A stretch of 56,724 nt of DNA, counting the filler, from Fonticula-like sp. SCN 57-25 (lineage: Eukaryota): assembly GCA_001724245.1 (NCBI GenBank). It is 2 parts of 2 records of this genome, joined end to end, with 100 filler letters (N's around TTAATTAATTAA, not from the genome) between each part and the next. Parts side by side here need not be neighbours in the genome. Positions count along the whole stretch, not along the records: positions 29,893 to 56,724 come from MEDX01000067.1; 1 more part is not named here. One strand, written 5' to 3'. The stretch's first letter is position 1. Every line of letters begins with the position of its first letter. A model generated the notes under the pieces. That model did no database searches and was not told the DNA's origin. It worked only from the letters and a program-made list of their open reading frames with translations. Of this stretch, positions 48,440 through 56,724 are shown in pieces. The position numbers and the translations under genes are program-made.

Positions 48440-48640
48440 CTTTTGCGATTCAGAACTATTGTAACACGGCGTATTTTGGTGTTTACAATTTTTTTGTCAT
48501 CATTTCATTAATACTTGCATAAATTCACGCTTCTTTTGTGCGCGCGCGCGCAACCTCCAATGCAATCAATGTAGTAGCACCTTTAACATATCAGTCATAT
48601 TTACATATATTTACAAATGTTTCACTTCTTCTCTTGCAAC

Positions 48641-49710
48641 TCAATGGGTCTCGGCGAGCACTGTGCGCACGTGGCCAGCGATCTTGTCCATGATCTCTGG
48701 CTTGAGCAGCTCCTTGGTGGCGTACCCTGTGGACGCGTCAAATGCCGAGCGGATCGTCACGTCGCCAATCATGACAAACTTGCGCGCAAGGACGAGGAGG
48801 CAGTTGCAGACGCGCGCCAGCATCTCGCGCTCGTCGCTTGAGAGCGGCCGATCGGCATCGCCGGAGGCAGCGACAGGTGCGATGGCGTCGTCATTGTCGT
48901 CATCAATTTGCATGGCGTCGTCATCTCCGGTGAGCTGGAAGGCGGCGCAGTGGCGCGCCGCACAGACCCACAGGTAGCCGTTCATGCCGAGGACGACGCC
49001 AACACCGCAGGGGAGGTGCACAAAGTGCGACTTGCTGCGCTTGATGAGCGACGGCGGCACAGACACAAACGACCCTTGGCCGAGTTTGCCGTATTTTTGA
49101 TTGCGGGTGTGGATAGACATGCTGCCATCATTAAAGAAAGCTTGCACCTCAGCCTGAAATCAACGCGCAGCGAGTCAGTAACAAAGGCAAAGCGTATAGC
49201 AGGGCAAAACACAGACCACTCCACAATACTAGAAGGCGCATGGCTCAAACGAGCTGTTGCATGGACGCATACAACATTGCTAGTTTAAAAGAGATGGTAC
49301 AGCCCCCGTTATCCTCTTCCTATTTTCGTTGGGGTGCGTACACTGAGCAGGTCTCCCTCGGCAAAGTACGACCGCATCTGCAGCTCGTCATTCTCCGACT
49401 TGCGTCGCTGGACACCGCCCGGCAAATTGATGGAAGCAAGCAAAAGCACAGCATCCTGGCGCGAGTTCACGTCCACTTTCCACCGCTTCTGTCCCATCTC
49501 CACCACGCGGCACACCACGACGTCGCCAATCTCGGCCGTGTAGCGCGCCTTGAGCGGGCGAACAGAAACAAGCTTGTTGATGCGCTCTACCACGCCCGCA
49601 ACGCTCGATATAACACGCTGATCGTCAAGATGCGTGCCATGCCCGCGCATAAAACCGCTCTGAAGCGTCGTCAGCTGCTCGCCTGGCGTCACCACGCTGG
49701 ACCCCGACAT
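48641..49710 (-). CDS. EXOSC2: Exosome cap subunit Rrp4
   Basis: 'FMRGHGT', 'INKLVSVRPLKARY..EIGDVVV.R', 'NLPGG.QRRK...DELQMR..F.EGDLLS|AEVQ', 'KYGKL', 'LGMNGYLW'. Intron 49154-49341. Confidence 0.96.
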
Positions 49711-49837
49711 CGTGATCGCTGGCGGGCAATTACAGTCTGGGCTAGATTCTGGCACTGAACTGTGAAATCAACGGCGGATTCAGCCCCAGATTCCAGCCGA
49801 CCGCGTGCTGTTGACCCGAGGGACCCTCTCTCCGAAA

Positions 49838-51105
49838 ATGCTGCGCCATGCGCTGCTGCGTGGTGCTCGGTTGAGCGCGACCGCCTTCCCCACGACTGCG
49901 CCGGTCTCTTCGCGTGCCCTCTTTTCGCGCGGCTTCTCTGTGGCCGCTCGCGCGCCTGTCGTGCCGTTTGTTGCTGGCCGCCGGCAACTTTCCGATGCGC
50001 CCGCCGCGCCCGCCGCGTCGGTGCCGGTGCCTCTTCCGGCGAGCGATGCTGTGGTCGACGCCACTCTGACGCCCATGCTTACTGACGTTGTTGCTCGCGG
50101 CGACCTTGCGTCTCTTGGCCTTGCGTCGATTTACACTCCGGTTGGCTGGATCCAGAACGCGCTCGAGGTTCTCCACGTGAGCGCCGGGCTTTCGTGGGCG
50201 GGATCGGTGGTGGCGCTCACTGTCGGGATCCGTTTCTTCCTTTTGCCGCTTGTTGTGAAGCAGATGAAGACGGCCGCGCGCCTTGCCGATATGAAGCCCG
50301 AGCTTGAGCAGATTCAGGCCGAGAGCCGGCGAGCGTACGAGAGCGGCGACGCGACTCAAATGAACATGATTCAGACCAAGATCGCGGGCCTGTACCGCAA
50401 GCACCAGGTGAACCCGCTGTCCATGTTGATGCCGGCACTTGCCCAGATGCCCGTGTTCGTTAGCGCGTTTATGGGCCTGCGCAAGCTGAGCGAGCTGCAC
50501 CTCGATTCGTTCGCGGTTACCGGCGGGCCGCTCTCCCTGTTCGTCGATAACCTCGCCGACCCGAGCATGGCCTTTGTGGCCATCAACACGGCGCTCTTCC
50601 TTGCCGCGTTTGAGATTGGCGCCGACACGGGCCAGCAGAAGATGGAGCCCAAGATGAAGAACATCATGCGCGTCGTCATTACGGCGTCGGGCATCTTTAC
50701 GTACCAGCTGCCGACGCTCGTGCTCGTCTACTGGATGGCGTCAAGCTCCTTCTCGCTTGCCCAGGCCGGCGCCCTCCGCTACATTGCGCCGCTCAGAGCG
50801 GCGCTCGGCATCCCGCCCGTCCCCAAGCACGACTCGCAGGGTACGCACGCTCTTTGCGCCCTTCTTTTTATTCTGACGGCGATGGTGCAGCACCCAGCGT
50901 GACTGAGCAGTTTGGGTCGTCCGTGACGGCGCGCCAGCTGCAGCAGGACCAGGCGAACGCGCGTCTTGCTGCCAAGAAGAGGAAGGAGCAGATCCTCAAG
51001 GAGGGGCCAAAGCCGCTCCTCGACCAGAAGCCAACAAAGGCGCAGGTCCTCGCGTACCTCGCGGAGCTCGAGGCCGCCGAGGCAAAGCAGTCGAAAAAGA
51101 AGTGA
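49838..51105 (+). CDS. OXA1: Mitochondrial insertase Oxa1
   Basis: Arg-rich presequence, 'TPVGWIQNALE.LH...GLSW..S...LTV.IR..L.PL', 'QMPVFVSAFMGLRK', 'YW..SS.FSL.Q', basic C-tail. Confidence 0.92.
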
Positions 51106-51421
51106 AAAGGTTACATTCGCTTTTTTGAAATTTAAGCAAAACATACGATTCTTTCGCAGTATATCTTGTACATAATACATAACCATCCTCCTCTAGAGTA
51201 ATGGCATAAGTCCAGGTGGCATGATAAGGGTATGTGATTAATAGCATACGTTTTAGTATGCAGTTCAATGTGGTTGTTATATTTGTCACCTGAGAAATGC
51301 CTGCCCGTGTTGCCAATAGCCCCTTGATTAGATCCGCAGCATGGTTTCTGCATCAATCAGCCCCTGATTCAACCCAAAACAACCGAAATCAACCCCAGAT
51401 TGCACGTGATCTCGTCGTTGT

Positions 51422-53726
51422 ATGACGATGTGGCGCGCCACGGCCGCCACCGCGCTTTGGCGTTCCCGCGCAGCCCCGCCATCCTTCCCCGTGGGCTCCC
51501 GCGGCTTGTTACACGCATACATGGCGTCGGAACCGCGCTTTGAGCTCGACGGCTCCTTTCTCTCCTCGTACGCCGATCGCGACCCCAACTTTGGTCTGAA
51601 CGGCCTGGGCGAGTTCGTCTACTACCGCACATATGCGCGCCGCAAGGACGACGGGACGCTCGAGTCATGGTGCGCGTCTTTCGCAATATAGGACCTTTTG
51701 TTCTCTTTTACTCACATTTCTTTTCCTTTCCGGTTTAGGGCGGACACTGTTGGCCGCGTAGTGAACGGCACCTTTCTCATGCAGCAGGAGTGGATTGAGC
51801 GTCATCGCCTGGGCTGGGATGCGGCTCGCGCGCAGCGCTCTGCCCAGCGCATGTACGATGATATTTTCAGCATGCGTTTCCTCCCGCCCGGACGCGGCCT
51901 GTGGGCGATGGGGACGCCCGTGACGCGTGATCGCCGCCTCTTTGCCGCGCTCAACAACTGCGCGTTCGTCTCTACGCGGCCGGGCCTCGTGGGCGAGAGC
52001 GCATCGACCCCGTACTCCTTTCTGATGGACATGTCCATGCTCGGCGTCGGCGTTGGGTTTGACACTGCGGGCGCCGGCAAGGTGCTTGTGCGCGGCATGG
52101 ACGCCTCTGCTCCGCCGCGCGTCGTGCGGATTGCTGACTCGCGCGAAGGGTGGGTGCACTCCCTCGCTGCCCTGATCGACGCCCACATTGAAGGAACAGC
52201 GCGCCCCCACTTTGACTACTCGCTAGTCCGCGCCAAGGGTCTCCCTATCAAGGGCTTTGGCGGCCTTGCGAGCGGCCCTGCACCTCTCGCTGAGCTGCAC
52301 ACCTCGGTGGACGCGGCGCTGTCCCGCGTGGCCGGCTCGCACTTGGACGAGCGCACCATCGTCGACATCATGAACATGATTGGCCGGTGCGTTGTGTCGG
52401 GGAATGTGCGCCGGACGGCCGAGATCGCCTTTGGCTCGCCCGACTCTGAGACGTACATTGACCTCAAGAACTATGAGCGTTTCCCCGAGCGCGCGTCGTA
52501 CGGGTGGACGAGCAACAACTCTGTGTTTGCGACGCTCGGCATGAAGTATGACGACATTTGCCGGCGGGTGGAGGCCAACGGGGAGCCGGGCTTCTTTTGG
52601 CTCGAGAACGCGCAGCGGTACGGGCGGATGGGCGACCCGCCAAACAACAAGGACATGCGGGCCATGGGCGGGAACCCATGCCTCGAGCAGACGCTCGAGC
52701 CATTCGAGCTGTGCTGCCTCGTCGAAACCTTCCCGTTTAGGCACGAAAACATTAAGCAGTACAAGGCCACGCTCAAGAGCGCCTACCTCTACGCAAAGAC
52801 TGTCACGCTCGGGCAGACACACTGGACCCAGAGCAACAGGGTCATGCTTAGGAACAGGCGAGTTGGCGCGAGCATGAGCGGCATTGCGCAGTTTGTCGCC
52901 AAGAACGGGATGGAGACGCTCAGGGAGTGGTGCGACGAGGGATACAAGCAGATTGAAAAGACAGACGAGAGCGTCAGCGAGTGGCTCGCAATCCCAAAGT
53001 CAATCAAGACAACATCTATCAAGCCGTCGGGCACAGTCTCGCTCCTTGCTGGAGGTACGAATATTAAATATTTGTGCGCATTTGGCGTCTTATCTTTCTT
53101 CATTTTGTTCTGGTTTTGCTGATTGTGTAGTCTCGTTGGTACTCTTTTTTGTCTTGGTATTTGAACCCCGTTTACTGCCTTACTAACGTGCCCTAGCGAC
53201 CCCCGGTATGCACTTCCCCGAGAGCCGCTTCTGCATCCGCCGCGTCCGCGTTGGCCGCGACTCTGAGCTTGTTCCCTGCCTCGAGGCTGCGGGCCTTCCG
53301 CTTGAGCCGGCCGTCGACGACGAGCGCACGCTTGTCGTCGAGTTCCCCATCGACAACGGCGCGAATGTGCGGTCTGTTCACGAAGTGTCCATGTGGGAGC
53401 AGCTCTCGCTCGCCGCCTTTTTGCAGCGTTACTGGTCCGACAACCAGGTCAGCTGCACAGTCACCTTTGACCCGGAGCGCGAGGCGCGCGACCTGCCGAG
53501 GGCGCTCGACGTCTTCCAGTACCAGCTCAAGGGCGTCAGCTTTTTGCCTCGCCTGGAGCAGGGCGCGTACAAGCAGATGCCGCTCGAGGCGATTTCAGAG
53601 GAAGAGTACAAGAGGAGAGTTGCGAGTATCAAGCGAATCCAGTTCCCGAATATGCCCATCGCAGAGATGGCCACGAGGAGCATGCCAAACAAGTTTTGCG
53701 ATAATGATTCGTGCGGGCTCGAGTAG
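51422..53726 (+). CDS. nrdJ: Class II adenosylcobalamin-dependent ribonucleoside-triphosphate reductase (monomeric NrdJ/RTPR type), 3 exons
   Basis: 'GEFVYYRTYAR', 'FLPPGRGLWAMG', 'LNNCAF', 'MLGVGVGFD', 'DSREGWV', 'VVSGNVRRTAEI', thiyl-radical motif 'GGNPCLEQ', 'ELCCLVE', 'TSIKPSGTVSLLAG|ATPG', 'WSDNQVSCT', C-terminal 'FCDNDSC'. Introns 51670-51738 and 53055-53196. Confidence 0.95.
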
Positions 53727-53880
53727 CGAAAAGATCGCGCGGAACCAAAAATATTTATTGCAATTGTGTTTATTTCCTCGTTAGTATTGTGCGTACATAA
53801 GTGTAGCTGTGCCTCCCCTCCTTGCCATATCATCGTTTCACCTCTTTTCTCATTCACAGGCAAGGCTTATTGTGTGGATC

Positions 53881-53909
53881 NNNNNNNNNNNNNNNNNNNN
53901 NNNNNNNNN
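53881..53909. other. Assembly gap (29 N)
   Basis: Run of N between the convergent nrdJ and Acinus 3' ends. Confidence 0.95.
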
Positions 53910-53980
53910 AAACTTTATTTCAACAACAGAAACAAAGAAAATGCAATGAAGGAGACAACTTATGAACGAAAATATGCTGA

Positions 53981-55244
53981 TCAAACTTGGCTTGGCGGCT
54001 GGTCGACCTGCGCTGGTGTCCGCGGCAGGTAGTACAGCTGAGGCTTTGCGTTTGTCTTTTTGAACAACTCGTCCAGCGACTTTCCTCCTCCGCCGCGCGG
54101 AAGCGCCTCCGGCATCATCCTGGCGGCCGCCTGCATTGCCGCCGACGCCGCCGGGGTCATTGCAAGCCTACCTGCCAGCGGGTGCGCGGCGTGCGTGGGC
54201 GCACTCGTCGCGACAGGGAGCACAGGCGCGGCCGCGGGGACGGGCGCCGAGCCATTCAGAGCAGCATCCACATGGGCATCCGGCACGTACGACACCGCCA
54301 GCAGCTTGCCGGTCACGGCAGGGAATTGGGCGCCGTGGAGCGCGTCGCGCGTCGCAGCCGCTTCACTGGGAGATGCAAACTACAATCTGGATCAGCGCAC
54401 GAAATATAATTAAATTGGCCGCGTACCGTCACGTAGCTATAGGAGCGGAGATTATCGATCCAAAACGACTTTACGGTGCCCGTCTTTCCCAAAAGTTCCT
54501 TGAGGGACGACAGCGGGAACGGCCGCACCAGGTTCTGCACCAGCACGCTGGACTCTGTCGGAGGGGCGGGCGCGGGGGCGCCAGCGGCCGCGGTCAAACG
54601 CGAGTGAATGGACGGCTGCGGCTCAACGCGGGCGCGCTTGGGGGCATCGGACTCGTCCGATTCAGTTGAAGCACGACGCTTCTTGTCATCTGAGGCCGTC
54701 GACACGTCCATCGCATCGGTCGAAGTGGCAGTCGCTGTCAAAGTCGATGGCGTGAAAGGAGTGGCAAGAGCCGGCTCACTAGCAGGCATGCTGGGCACAG
54801 GCGTTGCCGATGGCACGGGCGTAATGGAAGGAACCGGTGCGACCAGAGGACCGCTAGCGGAAGGGGTCACCGATGTCGCAGCGGGCGACGTCTCGACCGG
54901 AGCAGATGCGCTGTCAGCAGATGAGGCGGAGGCGGCATCTTGCGTGGAAACAGGCGGCTCCCTGTCAGAGTCAGCCGCCGATTCCTGAGGTTGCGAATCG
55001 GCAGCGGCTTCTGAAGCGTCGGGCGCAGATGTCTCGTCCGGCTTGGGATCGGTGCCTGAAACGTCACCCTGTAGGTGGGACGACAATCTACGTTGTGCCC
55101 ATGCGTCAGACACCAGAAAGTTCGCTATATCAAAACACACCTTTCAACAAGGTCTTTCTTGAGGCCATTCTGAGGAAGCCCGGCCTCACGAAGCCGCTCC
55201 TTGAGCACCGCCACCGTCAGCTTTGACAGGTCCTCGTCCGGCAT
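53981..55244 (-). CDS. ACIN1: Acinus-like protein (SAP + RRM + RSB motif)
   Basis: SAP '[30 protein letters not shown]', RRM 'VQNLVRPF....LKELL.KTG....FWID..RSY.YVT', RSB '[18 protein letters not shown]'. Confidence 0.88.
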
Positions 55245-55260
55245 CTCCAGGCACTGAACG

Positions 55261-55346
55261 ATGACGTCACAAAAATGCACAACGTCACACAGACGACGTC
55301 ACAACAACAGAGTGATGACGCCACAATAACAGATCGTGACGTTGTG
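55261..55346. promoter_or_regulatory. Cluster of five CRE-like RACGTCACA elements upstream of Acinus
   Basis: TGACGTCACA, AACGTCACA, GACGTCACA, TGACGCCACA and inverted GTGACGTTGTG within ~85 bp. Confidence 0.5.
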
Positions 55347-55650
55347 TCCTCGATAACTTCCATTCACGGCCTGGACATTGCTCACTGTTCCATGATCGAA
55401 CGGGATCGAATCTAATACCGGTAAAAGCTGCAATAAGCAGATGGCTGTTTTGATTGGTTAGGAATTTTTAGGACGCCTTCCTAATCGGAAAAATTAGGCG
55501 CGCCGCTGCTTGGCAACCGCCGGGTCTTGTTGCAAGAAACACGAGGACCTGCCCGCCAGTGCTTCCCTCCCACCTTTCCCCCCTAGCGGTCTGCTCGCGG
55601 TTCCAACGGCCTCGAGCCTGCGTGGTAATACCTCCTCATCCCCTTTTGCT

Positions 55651-55998
55651 ATGAGAACGAGCCCTTCTGGTGACGACAGCTGCGACATGGACATCGTCAG
55701 TGTTAGCCCCCGTGCGAGACTCGAGGCGCGCCGCCGCAGGGCCGCCGGCATGCACGACCCGGCGTTGCGCGGGTCTGCTCCAATTCTGGCGTCCGCGCGG
55801 CCTTTGGGTGTTGACGTCACGGACAGCGCTTTCCTGATGCAGGCGGCGACGGGGTCGGCTGCGGGATCCCTTGTTCGCCTGCCCATGCCGCTCCACGACA
55901 GGAACCGGCTGGCAATGGATACGCCGCTGATCTTCCAAAGGAACCCGTCGCTTGCGCAGCGCCGCCACTCTTTTGACGTATCATCCCTTTCAACGTAG
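55651..55998 (+). CDS. Hypothetical small protein
   Basis: GC-rich open frame between a CCAAT-containing promoter region and AT-rich downstream DNA. No recognisable domain. Confidence 0.4.
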   Translation: MRTSPSGDDSCDMDIVSVSPRARLEARRRRAAGMHDPALRGSAPILASARPLGVDVTDSAFLMQAATGSAAGSLVRLPMPLHDRNRLAMDTPLIFQRNPSLAQRRHSFDVSSLST

Positions 55999-56724
55999 GC
56001 GTTGCTCTAGGACGTCGCGCTCGCTGGACGAGCTCGGCGATTCATGCTTGCTGGACAAGCAGAGAATCATGCAATAGAGACAGGTCTAGTATTCCAGGCC
56101 CGTCGGTTATGCATTTTTTTGATGTTACTTTGAGCTACTATATATTCAGTATATCTGCAAGATGTTGTGTTTGCCATGCAGTTTAATGTGTGCAAACCGC
56201 AGTTTGTTGCTTATCATATTTCGCGGCGGAGCTTATCAGCGCTCGTTGTTGCGGTTATTTATATATATTATTGTGCATAATATTTATTCAGTTTTTAAGC
56301 TATTTTGTTTGCTTATTTGAATATAATACACCTGCTTCATAATTATTCAATTCTTATCAGACCGGCTCATGGGCGTAGATGAATCGAAAGTAAAAGCAAC
56401 ATTGTCCAAATTGGTCAAGAGATATCGGCAATGTCTTTTTTCCAACATGTTGTTTCTTACCTTTATTATACTCTCTGCGGGCACAACATTGTTTATCAAT
56501 CGCGATTGGCGAGGGGCGCACGAGCTGCGCCAGGCTGCTGTTCATGAGCGCAAACACAACCCACGTGGATAATCAATTGATATCCCCACCATGATTGTCA
56601 TAGCTGATAGGAAGGAGCTGTCAGTAGTTGGCAAATGCGCATCTAGTATTTTCATCTTGAACAAACCCTTTTTGCCTATTGCTCCTTGCCTGGCGTCGAC
56701 TTCGGATGAGTAGCAAGCCGCGTG

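Noticed and set aside
7748-49710. Clustering of exosome genes DIS3 and RRP4
   Set aside because: They are ~38 kb apart and on opposite sides of the artificial linker.
51100-51421. Cobalamin riboswitch upstream of nrdJ
   Set aside because: No B12-box or conserved core was recognised. Only a repeated CAAT-AGCCCC-TGATT motif and an E-box are visible.
56000-56724. Short ORFs and possible RNA genes in the terminal AT-rich region
   Set aside because: No homology cues and no tRNA or snRNA hallmarks could be recognised by eye.

Overview
Gene-dense eukaryotic nuclear DNA with about 29 protein-coding genes. Most are interrupted by short (~40-70 nt) GT-AG introns with CTAAC/CTGAC-type branch points, and many sit head-to-head with only ~90-360 bp between start codons. 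A fungal Yck-like CK1 core alongside genes typical of non-Dikarya eukaryotes (DOCK-C/D, cyclin Y, MFSD1, NT5C3, TTLL, Acinus) suggests an early-branching unicellular opisthokont (inference). Most genes are housekeeping. The main oddities are: (1) an intron-containing monomeric class II (adenosylcobalamin-dependent) ribonucleotide reductase whose N-terminus looks like a mitochondrial presequence; (2) both subunits of a bacterial-type FetA/FetB (STAR1/ALS3-like) ABC transporter kept as a divergent gene pair; (3) an inverted pair of ISG12/IFI27-like genes; (4) a WD40 + tandem SAM-like protein next to a gene-poor island whose repeats each carry an intron-like cassette; (5) an aquaporin with NPT/NPT motifs and Trp in place of the ar/R arginine. 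An N-flanked TTAATTAATTAA linker at ~29.8 kb suggests the two halves may be artificially joined contigs. Exon structures were derived by eye and no database searches were run.
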